Positions 46,038 through 54,892 of a stretch of 64,000 nucleotides of DNA are shown one piece after another. Under the pieces are notes generated by a model that worked only from the letters and a program-made list of their open reading frames with translations, had not been told where the DNA came from and did no database searches. The first letter of the stretch is position 1. Every line of letters starts with the position of its first letter. The DNA lies in NCBI GenBank assembly GCA_040399745.1, contig JBBARP010000001.1, forward strand, positions 138,617-202,616. The letters are read 5' to 3'. This stretch comes from Bdellovibrionia bacterium. GTDB lineage: Bacteria; Bdellovibrionota; UBA1018. The translations under genes were made by a program, and so were the position numbers.

Positions 46038-46888
46038 TTGGCCTGACCTCCGTTTTTACGAATCTCGTCAATGGCGCGAGTGCCTTCTTCTGCTTTCGGG
46101 GCGACGCCGTGCCAGCCGATCTGATGTTCCATGAAGCTGACGCCTTTGCCTTTCACCGTACGCGCGATGATCAGGGTGGGCTTCTTCGAGCCTTGCTCCT
46201 GCTGTTTTCTGGCGTCGGCGTAAGCGCTCAAAATTTGCTCACAATCGTGGCCGTCGATTTCCAGCACATGCCAGCCAAAAGCGCGCCATTTATCGGCCAA
46301 AGGCTCGATCGGCATCACTTGGCTGACGGGGCCGTCGATCTGCCCGTTGTTTGCGTCGATGATGGCGCAAAGATTCGAGACTCCGAATTTGGGAGCGGCC
46401 ATGGCGGCTTCCCACACTTGGCCTTCTTGAATTTCGCCATCGCCCATCAAGCAATAAACCCGCGAGGGCGACTGATCGAGCTGCGCCCCGAGCGCTAGCC
46501 CCAAAGCAACCGATAGGCCCTGACCGAGCGAGCCGGTTGAGGCTTCAACGATCGGCATTCTGACTCGGTCCGGGTGGCCTTGGAGGCGGCTTCCGGTCTT
46601 TCTCAGCGTCGCCAGTTCCTTTTTCTCAATGAAGCCTTTTCGGGCCAGGATGGCATAGAGCGCCGGTACGGCATGCCCTTTGGAAAGAACGAAGCGGTCT
46701 CGCTGTGGCGCCAGGTGGTCTGCCGATTCGACCCCGCGCATTTCCGAGAACCAGAGCCCGGCCACCAGATCAATCGCCGATAAGCTACCGCCCGGGTGCC
46801 CGGATTTTGCTTCGACCAGCATCTCGATGATGTCGATCCTGAGCTCGTTGGCTAGATTTTCCAGTGCCTTCGCATTCAAAGGAGTCAT
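46034..46888 (-). CDS. Transketolase, N-terminal TPP-binding subunit (split type)
   Basis: SGHPGGSLS, LSKGHA, LQGHP, GDGEIQEG...N. Confidence 0.93.
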   Translation of the reverse strand: MTPLNAKALENLANELRIDIIEMLVEAKSGHPGGSLSAIDLVAGLWFSEMRGVESADHLAPQRDRFVLSKGHAVPALYAILARKGFIEKKELATLRKTGSRLQGHPDRVRMPIVEASTGSLGQGLSVALGLALGAQLDQSPSRVYCLMGDGEIQEGQVWEAAMAAPKFGVSNLCAIIDANNGQIDGPVSQVMPIEPLADKWRAFGWHVLEIDGHDCEQILSAYADARKQQEQGSKKPTLIIARTVKGKGVSFMEHQIGWHGVAPKAEEGTRAIDEIRKNGGQAK

Positions 46889-46962
46889 GGCGCGGAAACT
46901 ATCGCAAGATTCAGCCTCGGGACAGCTTTTCCTGTACCGGGATTTGTTGGTAGATTGAGCGG

Positions 46963-48381
46963 ATGCGCGGAAAGTGGTGGATCCTGGCCGGCGTGGCTTG
47001 CGGCACGTTTATGGCCACTTTGGATTCGAGTATCGTCAATATCGCCCTACCCACCCTGACCCAAGAGCTCTCCAGCGACTTGGCCCGTATTAAGTGGGTG
47101 GTGATTGTCTATCTTTTGGTGATCACGTGTCTGTTGTTGCCGTGGGGGCGACTGGCGGATCAATACGGCCGCCGAAGAGTATTTCAGCTGGGTTTTGCCC
47201 TTTTCACTGGGGGCTCGTTGGCCTGTGGTTTGTCGGCCACTTTGGGGTGGTTGCTTCTTTCCCGAGCTCTGCAGGGCTTGGGCGCCTCGATGCTCATGGC
47301 GAACGGTCCAGCCATCATCACGGCAGCTTTTCCTTCGCGAGAGCGGGGAAAGGCGCTGGGAACTCTCTCGATGGTGGTGAGTGCGGGCCTCGTTGCTGGC
47401 CCGGCTTCGGGCGGGTTTTTGATCAGCCACTGGGGGTGGCGGAGTATTTTTCTTGTGAACATCCCGGTTGGAATCTTGGGTTTCTTCCTGACCCGACGTT
47501 TCATCCCGGAAGACCCACCGCGCAAGGCGTCCTTGCCCTTTGATTGGGCAGGAGCGTTGCTACAATTTCTCTTCTTCCTATCCATGATCGTCGTGGTCGA
47601 CCCGCCTTCGATCTCGATCTCTGGGGGTGATGCGATTTCTGCTCCCCGCTTCCTGATGGTGCCTTTGACCCTTCTTTTGGGCTGGCTCTTCATCCGGGTG
47701 GAATCTCAAATCAAAGCCCCTCTCTTTGATCTTTCGCTCCTGAAGAATCGCACCTTTTGGTCTGCGAATTTGGCGAGCTTTCTGATCTTCGTGTCCTTTT
47801 CGGCTGTGACAGTTCTCATGCCCTTTTATCTAGTGGAGCTGCTGAGGCTTGACCCGAGTCAGGCCGGTCTTTTCATGACGGCCATTCCCCTGACCATTCT
47901 GGTAGTAGCGCCGATCAGTGGTCGGCTCTCGGATCGCTTTGGCGGGCGAGAGCTCTCGATGGTGGGTGCGGCGGTCGGAGCCATCAGCCTTTTAATCATG
48001 GCAGGTGCTTTCGGTGTGGGCTTGGACACGGCGTCTAGCTCGACTCTGTTGATTGGAACTCTGGCAGGGCTTGGCTTTTCGACGGGATTATTTCAGTCAC
48101 CGAACAACAACGCGATCATGGGCGTCGTTCCGCCTTCCAAACTTGGCGTCGCTTCGGCGTTGCTCGCGACTGTTCGGAACTTGGGGTTAGTGACCGGCAC
48201 GGGGCTCGCGACCGGAATATTCTTTTGGCGAAAGCAAGAAGAGGGCGACTTTGTCGGCGCCCTGCATTTCGCTTTAGCGGTAGCAGGGTGTGTGGCGGCG
48301 GTTGCGGCGGTGATTTCTGCGCTGAAACCGTCAGGTCGTTTTGATGGGGGAGCGGAATCCGATGGTCAGGCGAAGGGATAG
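46963..48381 (+). CDS. MFS transporter, DHA2 family
   Basis: LDSSIVNIALP, GRLADQYGRRR, WRSIFLVNIPVG; many TM segments. Confidence 0.92.
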   Translation: MRGKWWILAGVACGTFMATLDSSIVNIALPTLTQELSSDLARIKWVVIVYLLVITCLLLPWGRLADQYGRRRVFQLGFALFTGGSLACGLSATLGWLLLSRALQGLGASMLMANGPAIITAAFPSRERGKALGTLSMVVSAGLVAGPASGGFLISHWGWRSIFLVNIPVGILGFFLTRRFIPEDPPRKASLPFDWAGALLQFLFFLSMIVVVDPPSISISGGDAISAPRFLMVPLTLLLGWLFIRVESQIKAPLFDLSLLKNRTFWSANLASFLIFVSFSAVTVLMPFYLVELLRLDPSQAGLFMTAIPLTILVVAPISGRLSDRFGGRELSMVGAAVGAISLLIMAGAFGVGLDTASSSTLLIGTLAGLGFSTGLFQSPNNNAIMGVVPPSKLGVASALLATVRNLGLVTGTGLATGIFFWRKQEEGDFVGALHFALAVAGCVAAVAAVISALKPSGRFDGGAESDGQAKG

Positions 48382-49393
48382 GGAGCCCACTCCCGAGGAA
48401 GCCGTTGAGATTGCCCGCGAGGACAACCTGCCGTTTTGGCACGACAGTCCTCCGCTTTTTGCCGCTTACCGCGAGAAAACAGGCGGAGCGAAAATCTTTC
48501 CGATCGATCCGGATTTTATCAAGAAGCGATTCTTGATCGTCCTTCTGGATCCGTATTCGACTTCGGGAATTGCAGGCCTTTCGGACGCGATTGAGTTTGA
48601 TCGACGCTTTGGGGATCAAGGGCTGCCGCTTTTGCTCATCATGAAACTCAGTTTCGCCTTTCAGAAGGCCACCGGTTACCTGGAAAATCTGGCGCAGAAG
48701 AGTCGTTGGAATTTTCCAGTTTGCTACGACTCCGATGGGGCCATCTTTGAGGCTTTTGGGGTGACTGAGCTGCCTCACGCAGTGGTGATGGACAAAGGGG
48801 CCGTCCTGGCAAAAGAAACGGGCCCACTCTGGGCTCAGAAACTCGAGCCCTTCCTGCATCGCTACCTTCGTGAAGGGGATCCTGGTTTAGCGCTTCCGAT
48901 CTTTTTTGCTCCGAATCGCTCGGAGTATGCCGATGCGGGTGCGATCAGTTTTGGATCGCGCTTTCCAGCTGGCCCGGAAGTTCAGTTCACGGGCGAATGG
49001 AAAGTCGAGGAAGAGTTTCGCTCAACTCGTGATCCCAAAGCCTCGATCCAGTTTTCTGCTCCCGCACCGGGCCTTTCAGTGATTGCGCGAAGCATGGATA
49101 CGGCCTTTTTGCCCGCCGAGCTGGTGGTGGATTTGAATGGCGTGCCCCCGCGCGACATCCGAATCGAAAAAGACGTGGAGCGTGACGAGTCGGGAAATGC
49201 TCGGATTAAGCTCGATCAGCCTCGGTTTCTGAAAGCGTTGAATGCAGAAGGCGATCCCATAGCTCGCATCACGCTTCGCTTTCCGCATGCTCACCGGGTT
49301 CCGGTGGGAATTTACGGAGTGCGCTTTCACCGAAAAGTTCCTGGCTTGAAAGCGCAGCTTCAGGCGGCAGCGACTGGGCCTGCGAAAATTTAG
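48362..49393 (+). CDS. Hypothetical protein with thioredoxin-like fold lacking CxxC plus DipZ-C-terminal-like beta domain
   Basis: FPVCYDSDGAIFEAFGVTELPHAVVMDKG is TlpA-like; FTGEWKVEEE...ASIQFSA resembles the DipZ C-terminus. Confidence 0.5.
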   Translation: MVRRRDREPTPEEAVEIAREDNLPFWHDSPPLFAAYREKTGGAKIFPIDPDFIKKRFLIVLLDPYSTSGIAGLSDAIEFDRRFGDQGLPLLLIMKLSFAFQKATGYLENLAQKSRWNFPVCYDSDGAIFEAFGVTELPHAVVMDKGAVLAKETGPLWAQKLEPFLHRYLREGDPGLALPIFFAPNRSEYADAGAISFGSRFPAGPEVQFTGEWKVEEEFRSTRDPKASIQFSAPAPGLSVIARSMDTAFLPAELVVDLNGVPPRDIRIEKDVERDESGNARIKLDQPRFLKALNAEGDPIARITLRFPHAHRVPVGIYGVRFHRKVPGLKAQLQAAATGPAKI

Positions 49394-50655
49394 TCGGAGT
49401 CTCGTTTCTTGGGATCGCGGCTGAGGTGGGCGCGGAGTTGCTCCACGCACGCTTGCCAAAGGAGGGCGTGCGCATCAGTCGTCTGAGCGTGGCCCAGGCG
49501 AGCTTGGCATTCTGTGAGTAAAGCGTCGGCATCCTGCGGGTTCCAATCAGAGGTGCTAGAGAGTGCCTCTGAGAGCGCAAGCGCTAGGTTCCTTGAGAAA
49601 TCCTCGGGGCGAATTCTTTCGAGTGCCGTACCGTTCACGCGCTTCAAGTACTCGCTTTCGGATTCTCGAAGTAGCTCAAGCCAAGTTCCTTTGAGCGTGG
49701 GGTCTAACGAGCTCCCGCCCGGAAGCGAGGAATCAAAACGGAGCGCAGCCTCTGCAGCCGAGGGTTTACGATTAAACGGGCAAACTTCTTGGCACACATC
49801 GCAGCCCGCGACGAAGCCTTCGGTTTTCGCGGTGGCCTCGGGCCACTCGCCTCGTTTTTCGAGAGTCGCGTAGGCAATACACTTTCGGGAATCGAGCTCT
49901 CCGGGCGCGGTGATGGCCCCCGTTGGACAACCGTCTAAGCAGCGCGTGCAGTGGCCGCAGAAGTGGGGAAGCGGAGCCGGGCCTTGGCCGGTTTCTCGGT
50001 CTAAGAGCACTTCTCCTAAGAACAAGTAAGAGCCTTCTTTGGGGTGGATCAGTAGCGTGTTTTTTCCAATCCAGCCCAGGCCAGAGAGCGCGGCCCAAGT
50101 GCGCTCGAGAACCGCGCTCGTGTCGACGCACACTTTCCAGCGCAGCACTCGGTCGGCCGGCCCGCCCGGTCGGGGCGGCGGAACTCGGTTGGGCTTTGCG
50201 CTCGCTTCCGCCCCAGCCTTGCCTTCGGCTTGGGCTGCGCGCGCCCGCACTCGCAGCATCACGCGGCCTAGGCGCTCGGCCAAATCCACGTGGTAGTCCG
50301 GCCCTTGTAGGTAGCGCGCGTAGCGGGGTCCTTGCTCGGCCGTGGGCGCGCCTGCTGGGCGGCGCGGGTAGGGCAACGCCACACAGAGCATGGCTTTGGC
50401 CTCGGGCATGAGCCGCCTCGGGTCGGCACGCCGATCACGCCCGCGCTCCAGGTAGTGCATCTCGCCGTGGCGGCCTTGCTCAAGCCAGCGGTCGTAACGC
50501 GCCAAGTGCGCATCATAGGGCGCGGGCTGGCCGGGGCCGGGCGGATTCAGGGCGGGGTCTAAGTCAATCGTGGCCGCAAGCGCGAATCCCTCCGAGCGTG
50601 CCTCTTCTAAGAGCCAGGCTCGGAACTGTTCTGCTGCTATTTTGGCCGCGATCAT
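49390..50655 (-). CDS. queG: tRNA epoxyqueuosine(34) reductase
   Basis: HGEMHYL, YARY..DYH, VDT..VLER, GWIGKN, CGHCTRCLDGCPT, GCDVCQEVCPFN. Confidence 0.93.
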   Translation of the reverse strand: MIAAKIAAEQFRAWLLEEARSEGFALAATIDLDPALNPPGPGQPAPYDAHLARYDRWLEQGRHGEMHYLERGRDRRADPRRLMPEAKAMLCVALPYPRRPAGAPTAEQGPRYARYLQGPDYHVDLAERLGRVMLRVRARAAQAEGKAGAEASAKPNRVPPPRPGGPADRVLRWKVCVDTSAVLERTWAALSGLGWIGKNTLLIHPKEGSYLFLGEVLLDRETGQGPAPLPHFCGHCTRCLDGCPTGAITAPGELDSRKCIAYATLEKRGEWPEATAKTEGFVAGCDVCQEVCPFNRKPSAAEAALRFDSSLPGGSSLDPTLKGTWLELLRESESEYLKRVNGTALERIRPEDFSRNLALALSEALSSTSDWNPQDADALLTECQARLGHAQTTDAHALLWQACVEQLRAHLSRDPKKRDSD

Positions 50656-51008
50656 GGGGCTTCTGGAGTCGCGCCTCGGACGACCGGGAGGCCTGCTTCT
50701 TCCCACTCGCAGATTCCGCCGGCCAGTGATCGCAAGCGCGTGTAGCCTTGTTGTTCGAGCCAGCGAAGAGCGTGCATCGAGCGAACGCCGTGGGCGCAGT
50801 AAATGACCCAGTTTTCGTTTTTCTCAGTCAGCACTGCGGGAGCGCGGGAAACGAATTCGCTGAGAGGCACCAATACGCAGCCCTCTAAGCGCGACTCTTC
50901 CCACTCTTCCACTTCTCGGACATCGAGCAGACGCGGCGGCTGAACATCGGGGCTAGATAGCTCCGTTTTCAGCTCGTCTACGGTGATGATCCAAGAAGCC
51001 TGCGGCAT
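50652..51008 (-). CDS. Single-domain rhodanese
   Basis: LLDVRE..EW, YCAHGVRS, SLAGGI.EW. Confidence 0.9.
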   Translation of the reverse strand: MPQASWIITVDELKTELSSPDVQPPRLLDVREVEEWEESRLEGCVLVPLSEFVSRAPAVLTEKNENWVIYCAHGVRSMHALRWLEQQGYTRLRSLAGGICEWEEAGLPVVRGATPEAP

Positions 51009-51015
51009 GGTGACC

Positions 51016-52545
51016 TCAGTGAAGTCTTGCGCCAGAAGTGATGTCCGAGATCGTTCTCTCAGACGGCAGTTCGGTGCGAAGTCCGCCAGCAAACGAGAAG
51101 TCCTTGGCGCTGAGGCGAACCTGGGGCTTCAGCATTCGGACTGCGCGGCCAATCAGGTCTTGCGGATTGGCGTCGGTGATTTCGACTTCCACCAAGTCGC
51201 CCGGGCGAAGCGAAATCGATTCGGGCGCCTCGTTCATCGACTCGGCCAACTCATCCACTTCGTTGATCAGGACGTGGCCATCGATATCCTGAGCCTGAGT
51301 AGCCATGCGGCCTTGAATCAGAAGCTCGGTCTCTTCGCTTGGGCCTTCGACCAAGACCATCACGCGCTGACCAATGTAGCGTTCGTGCAAAGTCTCGCGC
51401 TGCTTTTGGAGAAGTGCGGTCAGGGCTTTCGAGCGGCGACGCTTGGTGTTTGGGTGCAGTTGCTCGCCCATTTCGGCTGCGCGAGTGCCTTCTTCTTTCG
51501 AGAAGCGGAACACGCCCACGTGGTCGAGTTTCAATTCGTCCAGATCGCGCGAAAGCGCTTCAAACTGCTCTTCGGTTTCGCCGGGGAAGCCCACGATCAC
51601 CGAAGTGCGGAATACAATTCCGGGGATCCGAGCGCGAAGCTTGGAAACCACGTCAAAAAGCTTTTGCTTGGTCAGACGGCGTCCCATCGACTTCAGCATG
51701 GCGTCGTCGGTGTGCTGGATAGGCATATCCAGGTACTTCACGATCTTCGGCTCACGCGCGATGATGTCGACCAGTTCGTCCGAGAAATCGTCCGGATAAA
51801 CGTAGTGAAGGCGGATCCACTCGACGCCTTCGATTTTGCAAAGCTCGGGCAGGAGTTTTTCCAAGTTATCTTCGTAGCGGTTTTCGATCCCGTAATGGGT
51901 CAGGTCTTGCGCCACGAGGTTCAGCTCGCGCACTCCGCGCTGAGCCATTTGGGTGGCTTCTTCGACCAAAGAGGCAATGGTGCGCGAACGCACGTTACCG
52001 CGCAGTTTCGGAATGATGCAGAAAGCGCAGCGGCGGTTGCAGCCTTCCGAGAGCTTCAAATAAGCGGAATACGCAGGCCCGGTGTGAACGCGCGGATCTT
52101 TCTCGGAGTGGATGAACGCCGGCTGGTCAATGTACGAGCGCTTCGGAATCGGTGCGCCTTCTTCCAGTGCTTTTCCGTGGGCTTCCAGAAGTTCGGTGAT
52201 GCGGTGGTACTGACCGGTTCCGATGAAGAGATCCACTTCGGGCATCTCTTTCTCGAGGTCTTTGGCGTAGCGCTGGGGCAAGCATCCCGAAGCCACGAGC
52301 ACTTTGCAGCGCGCGGATTCTTTCAGCTGCGCGAGTTCCAGAAGGGTCTCGATCGACTCCTCTTTCGAGGCTTCGATGAACGAGCAAGTGTTCACGATGA
52401 TCACTTCGGCCGTTTCGGGCGCGTCGGTGATGGTGTAGCGCTCGTTCTTGAGCAGGCCGAGCATTACTTGGCTATCGACCAGGTTCTTCGGACATCCCAG
52501 GCTGACGAAGTAAACGGTGTCTTTCTGGGCTTCTTGTAACTGCAT
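51016..52545 (-). CDS. rimO: Ribosomal protein S12 methylthiotransferase
   Basis: SLGCPKNLVDS, NTCSFI, EGCNRRCAFCIIP, TRAM with AQDIDG. Confidence 0.96.
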   Translation of the reverse strand: MQLQEAQKDTVYFVSLGCPKNLVDSQVMLGLLKNERYTITDAPETAEVIIVNTCSFIEASKEESIETLLELAQLKESARCKVLVASGCLPQRYAKDLEKEMPEVDLFIGTGQYHRITELLEAHGKALEEGAPIPKRSYIDQPAFIHSEKDPRVHTGPAYSAYLKLSEGCNRRCAFCIIPKLRGNVRSRTIASLVEEATQMAQRGVRELNLVAQDLTHYGIENRYEDNLEKLLPELCKIEGVEWIRLHYVYPDDFSDELVDIIAREPKIVKYLDMPIQHTDDAMLKSMGRRLTKQKLFDVVSKLRARIPGIVFRTSVIVGFPGETEEQFEALSRDLDELKLDHVGVFRFSKEEGTRAAEMGEQLHPNTKRRRSKALTALLQKQRETLHERYIGQRVMVLVEGPSEETELLIQGRMATQAQDIDGHVLINEVDELAESMNEAPESISLRPGDLVEVEITDANPQDLIGRAVRMLKPQVRLSAKDFSFAGGLRTELPSERTISDITSGARLH

Positions 52546-52593
52546 GAGGGTTATTCCTGTACTGCTGAAGAACGAAGGCCTTGGAACGTGGGT

Positions 52594-53091
52594 TTAGTCG
52601 CGGAAATTCCCGAATTGCATCGGGACTTTCAGAGCGGCCTGTTGTTCGCGCAAAAGCGCGATTGCGGATTGAAGATCATCCCGGTTTTTGCCGTTGACGC
52701 GCACTTGCTCGTCTTGGATCTGAGCTTGGACTTTCAGCTTGGAGTCCTTGATGGCGGCAATGATTTCTTTGCCTTTTTCCTTCGAGATGCCGGCCTGAAT
52801 GACGATGACCTGGCGAACCGAGCCACCGAACGCGGTTTCGGGATCCTTGTTCTCAAACGACAAGGTCGAAAGGCCGCGCTTGATACACTTGGAGTGGAAA
52901 ATATCGCGCAAAGCTTCGAGCTTGCCTTCTTCCTCGCACCAAAGGGTGACGGTTTTGGCCTTTTGATCCAGTTTGAGCTCGGTCTTCACGCCTTTGAAAT
53001 CAAACCGGGTGGTCACTTCTTTAGTGGCCTGGTTGATGGCGTTGTCGAGTTCCTGCCAGTTCATTTCTGAAGAGATATCGAAGGAAGGCAT
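52594..53091 (-). CDS. yajQ: YajQ family nucleotide/c-di-GMP-binding protein
   Basis: MPSFDISS, RFDFKG, KVQAQIQDEQVRV.GK.RDDLQ, NFRD. Confidence 0.95.
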   Translation of the reverse strand: MPSFDISSEMNWQELDNAINQATKEVTTRFDFKGVKTELKLDQKAKTVTLWCEEEGKLEALRDIFHSKCIKRGLSTLSFENKDPETAFGGSVRQVIVIQAGISKEKGKEIIAAIKDSKLKVQAQIQDEQVRVNGKNRDDLQSAIALLREQQAALKVPMQFGNFRD

Positions 53092-53157
53092 AGCGTCGAT
53101 CTCATACAAAAATGATCGGATGATTTCAATCCCGAAAAGGGTGGGGGGGCCTTGGGG

Positions 53158-54111
53158 TTACCAAATCGTCCATTGGAAGCGCTTTTGGTTCCAGGCCTGG
53201 ATTTGGCGGGCAAACGAGGCGCGACCCGGGGCTTCGAATCGGCCGTCCCCGCGTTTGCGGCTACGGATGGGGAAGCGCTCGATATTGAAGCGGGAATCGG
53301 GTGCCTGGGCGGGGTTAAACACCGAAAAAGCCAGGCGGTAGTGCTTCTTCGCCCGGGCTTTCACTTCCGCATTAAACGCACCGTAGGGGTAGGCTAGGAA
53401 CGGGCGCGGTCCGCCCACAGCGCTTTCGATCTCGCACTTGGCTCCGAGGATTTCACCCTCCAAAGCCCAACCCGAAAGGGTGGTCAGACGGGGGTGGGCG
53501 CGGCCGTGGACTTGGATATCAAAGAGTGGGTCGGCATCTAAGGCGCGTGCCTCATCCCAGCTCAAAAAGGGTTTAGGAGCACCTTTTTTGGGGTGGCTCA
53601 CTTTTCCCATCAGCCAAGAATTGATGAAGAACGTGGCGTGGACTTGGAACTCGCGCAAGATGGGAGCGGCCAAGCGGTAGCTGCTGGCGTAGGAGTCGTC
53701 AAAGGTCACGATAAGAGTTTTCGGGGGGAGTGCCGGCCTCGGGTGGGCGCCATTTAAGTGAGCGTCGAGCCGCTCAATCGGGACGCTTTCGTAACCCAAC
53801 TCGTTCACCAGGTAGGAGAGTTGGCTCCGAAGTGCCTGAATGGTGGTGTCGGCCGAAGTGGAGAGGTCTGACGAGCGCGCCACCACGTCGTGGTACATCA
53901 AGACCAGGGGCCGTTCCTGGGCTGCGGCTCGGTCAGCGGCTTTTGACCAGGGCTTCGCATCAGGTAAAGGCTCGATGAAATTCGGAGGGGTCGAGGGCGC
54001 CAGTCCACACACGGCAGCCTGAGCGGTCGCAGAAATCCAAGCCAGCCCGAGGCCGGTCAGTAACGCGAATGCAGGCTTCCGAACGAAACGAAAAAGAATA
54101 CGCCTCTCCAT
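53158..54111 (-). CDS. Secreted polysaccharide deacetylase (CE4)
   Basis: Signal ending AQA, LMYHDV, TFDDSY, HGRAHP, AYPYG. Confidence 0.88.
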   Translation of the reverse strand: MERRILFRFVRKPAFALLTGLGLAWISATAQAAVCGLAPSTPPNFIEPLPDAKPWSKAADRAAAQERPLVLMYHDVVARSSDLSTSADTTIQALRSQLSYLVNELGYESVPIERLDAHLNGAHPRPALPPKTLIVTFDDSYASSYRLAAPILREFQVHATFFINSWLMGKVSHPKKGAPKPFLSWDEARALDADPLFDIQVHGRAHPRLTTLSGWALEGEILGAKCEIESAVGGPRPFLAYPYGAFNAEVKARAKKHYRLAFSVFNPAQAPDSRFNIERFPIRSRKRGDGRFEAPGRASFARQIQAWNQKRFQWTIW

Positions 54112-54199
54112 ATCCCCACTCCTCCCGCCGCATGGGGTACCGCTGTTGACGAAGTGAGTCAAGTTACCGCAGCCGGGGATGCGGTCTGACGGCCGCCTC

Positions 54200-54856
54200 T
54201 TATTCCTCGACGCGTGCGGTGTTGGGCGGTGCCGTGAAATGAAAATGGGAATCGGGAGCTTCTTTTCCGAGCTCAATTTGACTGAGCGTGATTTCGCTCA
54301 GATTCCCGCCGCGGTGTTGAAGGCGAACTCGGCCGATAGTGTGGGCTTTTGGGTCGACTTCGATTTCGATGCTGGCTACCGAGCCCGCAGATTTCCGCCG
54401 GGGTTGGATCAGAAAAATGCTCTCGGTCCGGGGCGTAATGGTCATGTCTTTGAGTGAAGAACTGAAAGCACCCGCCAGAAGTGCAGTCGCAAGCCGCGAT
54501 TGCACTTCGTGGGTTTTTCGCTCGATGAGTTGCCCGGCCTCGGTCTCGTCAAAGGGCGGGGTGTAAAACCAAAAGGTTTTGCCGTCGCTGACTAAGAGGT
54601 TCTTGGCAGGCTCGTTCTGCTCCCAACGCAGCTTGTTCGGGCGTTTCACTTCCAAAGTACCGCGAGTCACGCTCTTCATCAGCGTGGCTTTGGATTCGGT
54701 GGTCTGCGCGTACTGAGCCCGAAGCGTTCCCGCTTTGGCGTAACGCGCTTCCACTTCCTGAAGAAGCTTCGGCAGGGTGCGAGCAGCCAGAGCAGGTCCT
54801 GCCGAAAAAAACGTCAAAACCGAAACCAGAGGAAGCAACCCTTTGAAGTACTTCAC
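54200..54856 (-). CDS. lolA: Outer-membrane lipoprotein carrier protein
   Basis: Signal peptide, KRPNKLRWE, LVSDGKTFWFY, FHFTAPP; SD AAGGAG before GTG. Confidence 0.88.
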   Translation of the reverse strand: MKYFKGLLPLVSVLTFFSAGPALAARTLPKLLQEVEARYAKAGTLRAQYAQTTESKATLMKSVTRGTLEVKRPNKLRWEQNEPAKNLLVSDGKTFWFYTPPFDETEAGQLIERKTHEVQSRLATALLAGAFSSSLKDMTITPRTESIFLIQPRRKSAGSVASIEIEVDPKAHTIGRVRLQHRGGNLSEITLSQIELGKEAPDSHFHFTAPPNTARVEE

Positions 54857-54892
54857 GAGCAGGACTCCTTAGCAAAAGCGGCGCTTCAGGCC

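Noticed and set aside
45081..46888. Transketolase split as a frameshifted pseudogene
   Set aside because: Two-subunit transketolases are a known form; both halves have proper starts, intact motifs and an ATGA overlap.
50983..52539. 518-aa plus-strand ORF
   Set aside because: Exact antisense shadow of rimO with no motifs; expected from GC-rich codon bias.
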